A stretch of DNA of 55,520 bases, the filler included, from Sphacelaria rigidula (lineage: Eukaryota): NCBI GenBank assembly GCA_964200075.2. It is 5 parts of 5 records of this genome, joined end to end, with 100 filler letters (N's around TTAATTAATTAA, not from the genome) between each part and the next. Parts side by side here need not be neighbours in the genome. Positions count along the whole stretch, not along the records: positions 1 to 11,025 come from CAXNAA020005515.1; positions 11,126 to 22,150 come from CAXNAA020005516.1; 3 more parts are not named here. The stretch is one strand, 5' to 3'. Under the pieces are notes generated by a model that was not told the origin of the DNA, made no database searches, and saw nothing but the letters and a program-made list of their open reading frames with translations. Below are positions 1 through 12,420 of the stretch, in pieces. The translations under genes and the position numbers were made by a program. Each line of letters starts with the position of its first letter. Positions within the stretch are counted from its first letter, which is position 1.

Positions 1-375
1 GTATTGTATCATTGAGACCTTCATCCGGAGAGACGGGCCGGGAAAGTGGAGTGAGCATGGTAGGCGAGCTCGCGTCATCTACATCCCAGAAAATCTAGAA
101 GCCACATGGTTCCAGCAACAGAACTCGAACCAACGCACTTCCTCACGTACCACAAAACCTCGGTTTGTTCCCCGCACCACAAATACCATGCTCGGACTAC
201 TGCAGTATCCACAAGGAGTACTCCTACACAAGCTGCAGAAAGGACCGCAAACGTTCCTCGCAATTCTCAATTATGTGGCAGCTCAGCAACTTATAGATCG
301 ACAGTTCCGTTATTCAACTCGTCCAATCAGATGTTCTACGCAAATCAGTCGATACTACAGTCGCTGTCACGAACA
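1..375 (-). repeat. 3' LTR of the copia element (cut by the window edge)
   Basis: Homologous to ~5837-6260 and shares the terminus TCACGAACA (TGTTCGTGA on the minus strand). Confidence 0.9.
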
Positions 376-384
376 CCCTCCCTT
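376..384 (-). other. Polypurine tract of the copia element
   Basis: Minus strand reads AAGGGAGGG directly before the TGTT start of the 3' LTR. Confidence 0.8.
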
Positions 385-445
385 GGGGCTATTGTATCTA
401 CCAGACCAAATATATATTAAAGAAAACATATCACGACGCAGACTT

Positions 446-3400
446 CTACTTCTCATCTCTCGAGCCAAGGGCAAAATCACGGTGAACTTCAGAAAGATCT
501 CTCGGCAGAGCCTTCGTGAGGATGTCCGCATGCTGTTCTTCGCTGGGAATATGCGTGATCTCGATCACACTCTCCTCGGTCAAATTCCTGAGGAAATGAC
601 GTCTCACGTCAATGTGCTTACTCCTGCACGAGCTAAGCGGATTCCCTGCAAGCGCAATCACACCCTCGTTGTCCTCAAGTACCTCAATTTCACGAGGCTT
701 CACACTAGGTCTCAAGATCTGAAGCATTCCGTTCACAAACAGAGCCTCCTTCACACCATCACCCATCGCAAGGTACTCTGCTTCAGAATCGACTGTGAAA
801 CGCATTTCTGCGTCCTAGAAATCCAAACTACAAGCATGGCAGCCACAAAAACCAACGCTCCCGAAACTGATCTACGGTCATTGGCCTTGCTTGCAAAGTT
901 GACATCTACGTACACCAACGTGCCTACATCTACCGTACTGTCCTGCTTGAACTTCAAAGTTAGATGTGCCGTTTCCAGAAGATAATGCAGAATCTCCTGG
1001 GCTGCCTTCCAGTGGCTCTTCTTTGGCTCGTGAGAGTGCCTCGCCACCGCCCGCACAGCTTTCGAGATATCGGGCCTTGTCTGGTTGGCGATCCACATCA
1101 GGCTCCCCACCACCTCTCGGAACAGCACATCTCCTGCCCCCTCATCCTCCCTCAAGGACCTGTTATCGTTGGCAAGGGAAGCAAGGATCGAGCTGGTGCG
1201 ACAAATGTTGAATCTCTCGAGAACACTCCTGACGTAACTCTCTCGAGAAATCTCAATCGTGCCAGCCTCGCGGTTGCGAGTAAATGTGTAACCAAGAAAG
1301 AACTTGACACCTCACCCAAATTCTTCGTAGGAAGAGAGCCACCTAGCGCTTCCACAACCACCTTGGCAAGACCCTTAGTTCCTGCATACAGAATGTCATC
1401 CACGTGAATTGCGACAATACCCATCACCTCGTGTGCCATGATGAAACGCAGGACACAGGGGTCAGACAGAGACTGCTTGAAACCAATCCTTTTCAGGTCC
1501 GACACTAACCTTTTATAAAATGTTCTAGATTCCTGCTTCAATCCGTACAAACTCTTGCCCAAACGGACAGCCTTTCCTGACGACTAATGCCGAGATAGCC
1601 CCCCCAACAAAAAGTGCACGGGAGAACGTCCGACAAACCGGCTGCGATCCCACTATTGGGCTCGTTTGGAGCAATTCCGCCCACATGAAATGCTTGTAGC
1701 TGTCCGAAATCAGCTATAACGCCCAAATGAGTCGCGTCGTGAAGCACGAAACAAGCTTTAACGGCATTTATGATCATCGCCTCCGTGCACTTTTTTGGCC
1801 GGTTCGGAGGGGGAGGGCTATCTCGGCAGCAGTCTGACCTCGAACCGCAGCCAGGAGGCAACTCCATGAACACCTCGTGATCCAATTCCGACTGAACAAA
1901 CGCTTGCTCAATATCCCAGTGGAGTAATTCCAAGCTGTACTTGCACGCGAACGCTACTAGCAATCGCATCGATGCAGCAATTGCAGTAGGCGAGAAAGTT
2001 TCAAGGTCGTCCACACCATACTTCTGCTTGAAGCTCTTCGCTACAAGCTTAGCCTTGGCCTTCACTATCTTCCCTGTTTCATCTGCTTTCCATTTGAATA
2101 CCAATCTAGCATCCATCACATTACATTCTACTGGGATCTTTACTGCTAACGTGAACGTTCCTGCTCCTATCAAGCCTTCAACTTCTGCAGACATGGCCCC
2201 ATCCCAAATCTTTGCGTGCTTCGATTGCCGGGCTTCTTGATAGCTACCAGCTTCTGACTCAACATCCTGAACGAGTTCCTTCGGCAATTCCACGTCACCT
2301 GCTCTCTGTTCCACTAAGAGTGCATATATTATCTCTGATGCGGAGATGGATCCGAGGGTGGCCACAAGGCCAGACACGCTCTGCTGATTTATTGCACGAG
2401 TTTGCGCACGAGTTCTACCTTCTCTAACTTCATCATTCTCACGCGCATCAGTATTAAAAGTAGCAAGCTCAGCGACATACCTCGGACGACGAGCGGCTGG
2501 AGGAGGTGCCTCCGCCTCTACTTCCTGCTCTCCCGGCCCAATTGACTTTACATCACCATGCCCTCCCTGCCCCCCCCCGTCTATCTCAAGTGCTGAAGAA
2601 GACACAAAGGGAACCGTTATACTAGAGGAGTTGTTCACGGGCGACGATGGTACAGAAGGGGAAGATGGAACAGAAGGGGACTGGCCTACACTGCCTGCAT
2701 CAACACTGTCAACCTCATCGATTCCTGCACCATTGGGTAACACTGCATCACGATTCACACGAATACGAATGTGTTGAATTCCCCTTCCTGCAAGCGGCCA
2801 TACTTCAGCTTCTACATCGTCGTCACTTTCCTCCCCTCCCTCTTCCGTGATCTCAATCGGCAGAGGAGGTTGCGGTGGAGGGAGCTGTGACGGCAACGCC
2901 TCCCACGTCACATCTCTCGTTTCCTGAATAGTCCCAGCCCTCGTAAGTACCCTATGACAATCACGCGGGTGGTCTCTCGAAGGACCGACATAAAAGCAAC
3001 TCTCACCTTTCGGTAGCAGCTTAGACGGTCGCTGCCACCTGCAGTAAGCTGGCTTCAAAAACGGATACGGTCTAGCAGGACGAGGTTCTCCATACCACAT
3101 CTCATACGGTGACTTAGAGTCAGGGTTAGCAGAGCACGCTGTGTGGTTAAGTGCCTCGCAAGCGTAATGCATCGCCTCAGCCCAGAGTCTGTCAGTCTTA
3201 GGTAACTGCACATGCCCAAACAGAACTTTCGCCTGAATACGAGCCGCCATAGCGGCCTCCTCGATCAATCCCAATCCACACTGAGCAACACCCTTATATT
3301 GGGGACTGTAAGCCGGAGTGAACTCTTGTTTGATCGAAAGCTCATTGCACACAGATGCAAACTCCCCCCCGAAAAACTCCCCTCCATTGTCAGATCTAGC

Positions 3401-3856
3401 AATCTCAACCAATGATGGCATTCCATCAGCACGCACACTAGCAAGAAAACTTGGAAAAACACTCCCAGCGTCTGATTTACTTCTCAGGAAATACATCCAT
3501 GCACGCCTTGTGAAATTATCCTTCACAATCATGGGGTAGTGTTTACCCCCTACGGACGCAACGTCCTTCCTCCCTCCCAGGTCAACAAAAACTCTGCCCA
3601 ACTTTTTATCCGATCTGCTTTGAGTTTGATGAGCAATTCCTTTCCTGATAGCCTTCGATATCGAACATCCCGTACAAGCATGCATGTCACCGGTCAACTC
3701 GGTACCTAGTCGTTTTGCAGTACCCCTCGTGTAAATGAGCATAAATGTTGTGAAACTCATTGACATCCATCTTCTTTTCACGCTTGGGGTTCGAAGGAGT
3801 GAGGGCAGCCAACACCGAACCAACAGAGTCATGTCCCAGACGATACGCGGTCGCAA
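446..3856 (-). pseudogene. copia pol (integrase, RT, RNase H), broken across ORFs 1538-3856, 1152-1562, 751-1155 and 446-805
   Basis: Consecutive copia motifs continue across frameshifts; the RT is interrupted by the insertion at 1582-1834. Confidence 0.9.
1582..1834. mobile_element. MITE / non-autonomous TIR element (253 bp) inserted in the copia RT
   Basis: 20-bp TIRs: GACTAATGCCGAGATAGCCC (1582-1601) versus the reverse complement of 1815-1834, GACTGCTGCCGAGATAGCCC. TGAC is duplicated at 1578-1581 and 1835-1838. Removing the insert and one TSD restores ...GCGSRSGKAVRLGKSLYGLKQ in frame. Confidence 0.9.
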
Positions 3857-5716
3857 TTAGCATGCCATCGAAGTTCTGAAAAGTAACATGTCCGTCGTAA
3901 GCAGTCATCACACCATCAGGACCACCAAGACCATTCCATGACTTGCCATCAAACTCTGCGCTGGGGGAAAAGAGGTCATAAGCTAAGTTGGGAGAGTAAA
4001 ACACGTTCTCCAACTCTACGGAAAATTCGCTGTCAGCAGTCACAAACACTAGCTCCAGTTTTCCAGAGAGTGCTACCTCACAAGTTACTCCACCAATCCC
4101 TTTTACGTTCTTATGGCAAGGCTTTACATCCTTCATACAAGAGAGAGAATCAGTCATGTGAAAAGCAGTACCCGTCTCTGCATACCAATCTTCGACAGAC
4201 CTATCCTTCCTTACAAGAGAAGATAATTCACGAACAGCATCATCACTGTACACGCACTCACGCAGCATGGCATCGTGTAATGCTACCAGACACGTCGAAT
4301 CACTCGAGTTGTTCAAGCTGGTTTGGGAGAGCGACACCAAGCTAGATCTCTTACCGTTCTCATCCTCGTTGTCCTCGGATTTCCCCGTTTGGGTAGGATG
4401 AGCGATCACGCGAGCCAGGCAGTCCTTCCTCAAGTGACCCTTCTCCCCACACTTGAAATATTTCCCCTTAAACTTCTTTTTCGTGGACGAATCAGATTCG
4501 GTGTTAGACTTCGACTTGTTGCTCGGCTTCTTGGTACTTTTTCTCTCTGTCCTAGACATAAGAGCAACACTATTGTGCTTTTTCGGACCACCTTGTGTCT
4601 GCAAGTCTAGATACCGCTCACGCACTTTAGTCTCTATGAACGATGGGTCACTCGGACAGAACACCACAAGAGTTTCACGCAAATTCTTGTACTCGTGTGA
4701 CAGTCCCTCAAGCATCAGGCCACACACCTCTCTGTCATCTTTCTTGACTTCAAGCATTTGTAGAACGCCAAGCGTCTCTCTCATGGATGAAAAGAAGATT
4801 GCGGGATTATCGTTTGAACGCATGCGCAGTGACTTCAGTCTCTCCTTTTGTACACGAATCTGACTCTGGCTCAAAGGAAGAAAGTGATCCTTGAGCACTC
4901 GAAAAGCCTTGCTGGGGGAACCAGCATGCCTAGCCATGATTTCAGACTATCTTTCTTCAAGCAGTCAAACAGAAACCACCAGTTCATATCTGCCTGACGC
5001 ACCACACCCACACTGAATCCTTTCTCTACCCAGGGGGTCAAGTCGAAACCAATATTTGCAATCGGGATTTCAGCTTCAGAAACAAACGCCTCATACAGAT
5101 TGTTGTGTCGGGCACTCAACAGAACGTTCTGCGACCATGAGGGGTACGACACGTCGTTGCCGTCGAAAACAGGAGCTTTGGGAACTTTGAAAGGACGTCT
5201 ACCCAACTTTTCTCCTATTTCAGTAATGTCAGCCCCAGGAATCAGAGTGTTTCCGCTGGCGACGCTTTCCCACCACTTACTCGACAGAGAAGGAGCAAGC
5301 GGAACAGAGGACTGACCTAAAGTCCCACCTACAGTCCCGATCGAACCAAAGTTTACTGCAGTAACAGAGGAACGATTTAAAGATGCATGTGGATTCAAGC
5401 CTGCGTCTGCAAGACTACTACTCCCAACCCACATGCTGGACACGCCTAAGTCTTGGGCATCGCCACCCGTACCTCCCGCGGTCCTACCAGCAGTATCAGC
5501 AGAAAGATGCATACTGGTCTCTGGTCCTCCGCCTCCTGGCGCGGCAGCTATAAAACCAGAGGACTCCACTTTCCTTCCATGTTGTTCAACTAACGACGAT
5601 ACTAGAGTCATGAGTTGAGACAGCTGTGTCTCTACAGAACGAATCCTCTCACCAATTTCCTGCGATCCAACCTGAGTTGGGTCAACCGCAGGATCCTTGT
5701 TCCCCAGTTCAGCCAT
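3687..5716 (-). pseudogene. copia gag-protease region (ORFs 4871-5716 and 3687-4937, frameshifted)
   Basis: Gag-like segment (APVFDG..YPSW; LEGLSHEYKNLRETL), zinc knuckle with first Cys lost (YFKCGEKGHLRKDC), degenerate aspartic protease motif and LENVFYSPNL. Confidence 0.85.
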
Positions 5717-5802
5717 GATGGGGCAGGTTGATCAAGCCTCCCTCAATAGTCTCATGCACGGTCCAGGGGGACGAAGCAGCAGTCGACTGGTGCGCTATAG
5801 CG

Positions 5803-6260
5803 TGTTGATAAACTCGTGACTTCTGGAGAAAAAGATGTACTGTATTATTGAGACCTTGGTCCGCAGAGACGGGCCAGGAAAGTGGAGTGAACACAGTGGG
5901 CGAGCCCACATCATCTACAACCAATAAACTCTGAAAACCAAACCAAAGACAAGTTCCGCAAACATTCCGTAACTTCAGCAACGTTCTACATGGTTCCAGT
6001 AACGGAACGCGGACCAAACGCACTTCCTTACGTACCACAAAACTTCGGGTTGTTCCCCACACCACAGATACCACGCTCGGACTAATATAGTATCCACAAA
6101 GAGTATTCCTACATAAGCAACAGGAAGGACCGCGAACGTTCTTCGCAATTCTCAAATATGTGGCAGCTCAGCAACCTATAGATCGACAGTTCCGTTATTC
6201 AAACCGTCCAGTCAGATGTTCTACCCAACTCAGTCGATACTACAGCAGCTATCACGAACA
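5803..6260 (-). repeat. 5' LTR of the copia element
   Basis: Plus strand TGTTGATA...TCACGAACA gives TGTT/AACA termini; homologous to 1-375. The left boundary rests on the terminal motif only. Confidence 0.8.
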
Positions 6261-6590
6261 CGAAGAACAATGCCCTATCAGTTCACCCTTGGTTTCAGGA
6301 TAGCGGCCCGTTTGTTTCCGAGTGTGTGTGCACATTTCCAGCAAAAACAAAATTCCACTACACCTGGATCGTGTCGAACAAGCAAGGGAGGCAATGAAGG
6401 GATGTCAATTCTCCCGCACTGGAATTGAATTTTCACAAGGCACCCGATTCCACAGTCCGGACACAACTATATGCGAAAAACTTGATATCGGAATCGATTT
6501 GTAGATCAGCAGGGCTCATGTTTATGCCGATTATCCAACACAACAGGTGATGCTTTCCGGCTGTATTATGTCGGCGAAAACGCAACCTTC

Positions 6591-8170
6591 TTGTCCCCTG
6601 AACCCCAACTCATACATGTGAGCCTTGTGAGATGGAACGGATCCTCTGCTCTCACTGGACAATACCCAGTCGAATTAATCAACCTCAATCAGTCGGCCGA
6701 TGATGTCGGCGTCTTTGACCACACCGAAGTGTTCGTTCACAAAGGTAGACAATTCATTTCTCTCACGCCCTCCGCATGTTTCGATATACTATCCGGCCAG
6801 TCGTTGGGTTTTGCTCAGGCGCCCCTCCTACGGACACACTTTTCAAACGTGTGTCTGGCGACCGAACCGAAAACGTCACAAGACACCTCGATCAACGCGG
6901 ACTCTCCGCCGTTTGACAATACTTGCCCTGCGGTAGTGGACGAAGCGTCTAACGCACCTGACCCAAACTCCCCAACTGCATTAGTAGATAGATTATCGCC
7001 AGAGCAACGTGTTAGTTTTCAACGTTTATGGAACGATATCCCCCCATATTTGCGACACATCACTTTTGATGTATCTGGTGAGGGTTGGACTCCTACGGTG
7101 ATCGATAGGCTGCGCTCCATTTTGATGGGATATTCTGAACGGTTCTCCAAGGCGCCCGTAGATTTAGGCCTCTGCACCACTACACCGTTCAAAATAAACA
7201 TTCCTGATGGTACGCCACCTATCGCTACGCGTCCGTACCGTACAAACCCCTTCTTCGCGGACAAAAGTCAGGCAATCCTCGACGGATACTTATCCGCCCG
7301 TTTAAACCGGCACACCACGCCCCGGTGGGCCTCGCCGCTCGTTGTCGTCCGGGAGAAGGACGGTACGATCAGACTGACAGTCAATTACCAACGATTCAAC
7401 GCAGTCACCGAAATCGCACGTGTACCTCTTCCCCGTATAGATGAAATCATTGTCTCTCTCGGCGGGGGTAAAATTTCTTCGAACTTTGACATGCAGTCTG
7501 GCTACCAACTTGTGGTGGACCCGCAATCTACAGAGCTGGCGGCGCTCTGTACACCGTCAGGCCTGTACGAACGGATAGTAACACCACAAGGTGCCGCCGG
7601 CGCCCCCGGAGCGTTTCAACGTGTGATGTTTCGTGTGACTGATGGATTATCCAAGGGCCATATGTACATCGATGACCCGGTAATACACGGAAGCACCCGT
7701 CGAGCACTCGGCGTCTTTCTTTGCTCGCTTTGAACAACTCAACTTGAAACTTGCTCCGTCCAAAACCCGCGTTGGAGCGACTACCATCGAATTCCTGGGC
7801 CACTGCATCACTCCTGAAGGTTGTAGACCAAAACTCAACAAGGTGGCAGCACTTACAGATATGCTTATGCCACAGGATAGATCTCAACTGCTCTCCTTTC
7901 TCGGCGGTTGCAGCTACTACCGACAGTATTTGCCGAATCTAGCCCAAATCTTCAAAACTCTCACCTCTCTCCTCAAACAAGGAGTGACATCCGCGTTTAC
8001 GTCGGAAATGGAGTAAACAGTACGTCAACTGCTTGACACACTCTCGCGACCACCAATCTTGGTTTTCCCAGAGTGGTCGGTCGCTGAACATGGTTCACGT
8101 CTGTTCCGACTTCACCCGGATTCCTCCAAAATTGGGTTTGACTGCACGTTAGAACAGGAACAGCCAGATG
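6591..8170 (+). pseudogene. Ty3/gypsy pol relic (RT, connection, start of RNase H)
   Basis: PIATRPYR, WASPLVVVREKDGTIRLTVNYQRFN, PLPRIDEI, FDMQSGY, PQGAAGAPGAFQRVM, YIDD, FLGHCIT, FLGGCSYYRQY, then FRLHPDSSKIG...LEQEQPD; several stops and frameshifts. Confidence 0.9.
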
Positions 8171-9455
8171 CAAATATTGTGGAGGAATACGGTAGTCGTG
8201 GAGACCGTTGTACTCCTCTTGGCAGGTGACTGCAGAGGTTGGCGTAGGCAGCTTTATGCTGACTTCGTCTCAGGGATGAAGACCGCAGGTGTCTGAACAC
8301 GAATGTATGTCTATTATTTCGTCCGTCTTTGTCGAGGGTCTCCGTATTCTTGCCTTGCCAAGCCCTCGTGAGAATAGATCCTCTCTCGAAATGTTTAGGC
8401 CCGGCGAAAATATTTCAGGACCACCGCGATCGCGCGTCCGTTCGAGCGGTCGCGAACATATGTGTACCCCCGCACAAAGTAAAGTACGAATCCGCTAACC
8501 GGACCCCTAGCATTAGCATTGGCCCGAACAGTCATCTCCCGAGGCTGGTGCGGAGGAACTTTTAATCGATTATACTTACGCTCCAGGATCTGCCTGGATA
8601 CAGGGGAAATGGATATCAAGATTGGGTCATTACATACAGGGGAAGTACGAATAAGAGACTAGTCCTGTTATTCGAGGTATACCCGATGTGGTGCTTGCAG
8701 TACAAATCTACTGGGGGCACACGCCTTTTCGCGTGCCGAAAATATGGAATCATGACGGGTGGTTTTGTATGAACGATTTCCCGCCTCACCTGATTCAGTG
8801 TTCGGTTGTTGTGTGTCATTTCTGATTCAGCGGTGTTTTTTTGGTATGAGTGTGTGATGTGTGAGTGGGCAAATATGGGTGAATTAATTACAAAATGATA
8901 CCTGGTCTCAACTGATCATGGCATGCCTACAACTTCCCGCGACAATGCACCCGGTGCATGAGGCTTCCTATTATGCTAGCATGACCTGGGTCAAGGCTCA
9001 TGCACGGAAGTCTAGGGATTTGCATACCGTAGGCTTTATTCTCTAGGGGTGTGAGGAGTACGCAACAGACGAGCAATTCAATCTAGTCATAGTGGAAACC
9101 GGCATGCTCGAATATTTACTCAAGAAAGTGTGGGCCGAGGTGATAAAAAATTGGATAGTAGAGGAGTATCAAGAAGCCCTTCAACAAGGCGAGGCTCGAT
9201 TTCTATGGAGAAAATTGATATAAGGATACATCCGAGAGCAAACGAAACAGCTACAAGAGCTGCGTCAGAAAAGTCAAGCACAGGACAAGGAACCAAGCCT
9301 GGGAGCGCGCGCGTCAACCACAAAAGCAACGGACCCCCAGCAGCTCATTTCACCTGAGACCATGACGGCAGTTCAAGACGCACGTCTGCGCACGGAGAAT
9401 CAAGCCCAGATCGGACAGTCTGGCACACCATGGGTACGGTTTCACGACAGCGAGG

Positions 9456-9456
<1 letters not shown>

Positions 9457-9549
<93 letters not shown>

Positions 9550-9610
9550 CGACAACGATATCGATAACGACAACGACAACGACAACAACTACAACTACAA
9601 CGACGACTAC
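9457..9610 (+). repeat. (AAC)n microsatellite, about 31 perfect units with a degenerate GAC/TAC tail
   Basis: Visible directly in the sequence. Confidence 0.97.
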
Positions 9611-11025
9611 AAGCAAGACAGCAACAACATCACGGACGACAGGAGCAGCACTAGCAAGGCTGACACGATGAGCGAACTTGGAAAAGGCCGGCGAAACACC
9701 GATACGATTCTGGGCTTGGGCCATCCTTTCGATCGCGGGAAAAGCGCGAGGGTGGTGGTCGTACAACAGCAGCAGCTAGGGGGTGCCGGACATCGGGGCC
9801 TTGAAAGGGCCGAAGGCACGTGTTGTACTCAACTATCATTGATGTAGAGTGTTGCGTGTGTACGAGTCGAATTTGCGCGTGGAGCTTCCTATTACATGAG
9901 TCATCATTTTTGTTTGGATCGAGATCCATTTTTGGTTATTGAAATTATTTCGACTCGCGTTTGTTTGTTTTTCATTTAGCATCACGCCCTGATCGCTCTG
10001 TAGTGAGACGGAGCGCAAGTGTATTCTTGGAGTGTTTTATGTATGCCCTACTTTGGTTCTCATCTGTTTGAGACTTTGGTTTTTCCCTTCTCCATTGCAG
10101 AAGTAATATGATCCCCTTGACTGTAGTAGGGGGTGTTATCTACCGTCATGAGAGTGCAGAACACGTCACGAAAGTACATATTATGTTGATTCACGCGTCT
10201 GCACTGTATTGGAGAACACTGCACTGATCTGTAGGGTATGGCACTCGACCATTCTACCGTGTTGGCCTGCATTGTACTGTACACGACCTTCCCCACTTAT
10301 TTTCCAGTCGGTCCCCGTGAAGATGCAACGCAAGCACATATGATTGGGTGCATGTCTTTTTACATATAGGGGTGTTATATTGGGTCATCTACAGTACTCT
10401 ACAGTAGTTGAACTTAAATTTTTGACTCGAGATGACTTCGACGAGAGATGTTGAGTTACACAAGATAGTACAGTAGTCGGTTTCATGTTTCTGCCATGCG
10501 AAGTGTTATGCCTTGTATGGACAACCACTTGTGTTCCAAAATGCATGGATTGACAGTGAGGACTTCAACTGACCGTAATGTGGAGTACAGGAGGGTAATA
10601 TCACATTGGCTGGTGATACGAGATGCGGTTGTTTTTGTGTCGTTGGACATTGGACGCTGATCAAGCACGTGGAGCGCGCCGACTGCAAGCAGAAACGGAA
10701 TTGCGAAGTGTTATGAATGATTTCACGTAGCAATATCTCACATTCAACTGCCATCCGTGTACTGTTCCCCAGGCTGATCACTGCTTAACAGCCGATCTTA
10801 ATTTCTGGGGTTCAACACTAAAATGGGGCTGAAGTCGCATTTTTCTCTTGCAGGGAAGATACGAAAGAGTAACACAGAGCGAAAGTATCTTCCCTCCTCA
10901 AACTCCGCAGGAGGACTTGACCGTCAGACCGCGAGAGTAGATCACCTGCTGAATCGGCATCAATATTCACTTGGAAAAAGTACACGCGTGGTCCAGATGG
11001 ACTACGGGCACCGCGGTCCAAGGGT

Positions 11026-11125
11026 NNNNNNNNNNNNNNNNNNNNNNNNNNNNNNNNNNNNNNNNNNNNTTAATTAATTAANNNNNNNNNNNNNNNNNNN
11101 NNNNNNNNNNNNNNNNNNNNNNNNN
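11026..11125. other. Artificial scaffold linker N-TTAATTAATTAA-N (100 bp)
   Basis: The same construct occurs at 22151-22250, 33275-33374 and 44398-44497; the 12-mer places stops in all six frames. Confidence 0.97.
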
Positions 11126-11395
11126 CTTTCAAGCCACGCAGCGCACAAAACGCCCTGGTTCACGAAACTGCTGCGTCAACACCTACCTGCGGCTTCAGTC
11201 CACACATACGTCAAGTTTCAGTATCATCAGACGCCCGGTGGACTGTTTTGGGGCGCCTCATCTCCAAAAATACCGCCTCCATAATATTGAAAAGAAATAA
11301 CACTGTAGAGGACCGCGCCGTAGTTCAAAACACCTCAGGATCGATATTTTTCGAGACCAATTGGGCCAGTCCCTGCAGGTACCACGCCCCTGACC

Positions 11396-11435
11396 ATAAC
11401 CCTAACACTAACACTAACCCTAACACTAACCCTAG
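11396..11435 (+). repeat. Short degenerate telomere-like (CCCTAA/CACTAA)n run
   Basis: ATAACCCTAACACTAACACTAACCCTAACACTAACCCTAG. Confidence 0.6.
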
Positions 11436-12420
11436 GGATGTTCAAATTACGGCGCGGTCCTCTAAGCACGCGGTCCTCTCACGCATTACAATCACCTTGT
11501 TCTCCATCGGTGGCGCCATCGTATCGCGGTTGCGTTAGTCGGTTGGTGCTGTGCTTTAGAAGAAGGAGATATTATCGAGAAATCTCAAGATATAGCCGCA
11601 GGTGGCCATTCGGACTGCAGGGGGTGGCACCCGGCTTTCCACCTCGACGCGCGAGGCCAAGTAGAAATGAACATGGGGTCCGACTACGGGCGAGACTCAA
11701 AGCCCCAATTACCACCAACCAAAGAACTAAGAACCGCAAGGTTCCATCTTTCGACCTCTCGAGAGACAGCCATACGTACAAGCATACCAGGTGTATCAAG
11801 ACATACGACACTCCTCACCGGGGGCGTTCACCCCCCACCTCCGACAATTTTACGATAACCCCCTCCCCCCAAAAGTGCATGGTTTTGGGAGGCAAAATCT
11901 TCACTAAAATCGAAATGGGAAAAGCCGAGTAAAACGAGAAGCTGGGAATTCCCACGCTTGGGTTCGTTCTAGCCAATGCCGCCAGTGTGAGGCGCTTTAT
12001 CCAGCCTGAACCCGAACATCAGGCGTTGTATGGTCATTTTTTTCGTGACACTTATAGCTGGTTTTGGGGGGGAGCTATCGTAGAAAGTGTCCTCCCCCTT
12101 CTCTGGATCGTCGTCATTGCTGTGTTATGTGGACTTCGTTGGTCTCCCGTCCAATCGCACGTAGTCGGCTGGCCTCCCCTTCATTTCTGTGTCATGAGGT
12201 CATGAACCTCTCCGTTCCCTGCAGCACCCCCGCGTGCCACGACAACCCCCCCTCCTCATTATTCGCTGCTGAGGACCATACGACGCGGTCAATTCCGAAT
12301 GTCTGGCGCTTGTCGTCCGTCGAGCCGTCTGTGGCTCCGAAAAAAGGCTAAGCGAAATTCGTAAAGCGGTACTTACTTACGTATATTCAATAGAGAGTAC
12401 TGCACAGTACAGACAGTAGG

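Larger units (their letters stand above)
1..6260 (-). mobile_element. Ty1/copia LTR retrotransposon, near full length, decayed (frameshifts, MITE insertion)
   Basis: Direct repeats at 1-375 and 5803-6260. Minus-strand domain order is gag, zinc knuckle (KCGEKGHLRKDC), protease-like (WYAETGTAFHMT), integrase (RVFVDLGG...RSDNGGEF...PQYKGVAQ), RT (WDIEQAF, SLYGLKQ, HVDDIL), RNase H (YVDVNFA, EAEY, EDNEG, RSKHIDVR, ADILTKAL). Integrase before RT defines copia. Confidence 0.95.

Noticed and set aside
188..985. 265-aa plus-strand ORF and other antisense ORFs over the copia, DIRS and Academ-like regions (e.g. 14540-15556, 18590-19618)
   Set aside because: Shadow frames of recognisable transposon coding sequence on the opposite strand.
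5780..5802. Primer-binding site of the copia element
   Set aside because: The minus strand reads CGCTATAGCGCACCAG with no TGG start; I cannot assign a tRNA by eye.
9350..9847. Poly-Asn and poly-Val ORFs
   Set aside because: They are produced by the (AAC)n microsatellite, with no domain or splice support.
11070..11081. TTAATTAATTAA palindromes recurring every ~11.1 kb, as a periodic biological motif
   Set aside because: Each is embedded in Ns with identical geometry; it is an assembly linker.
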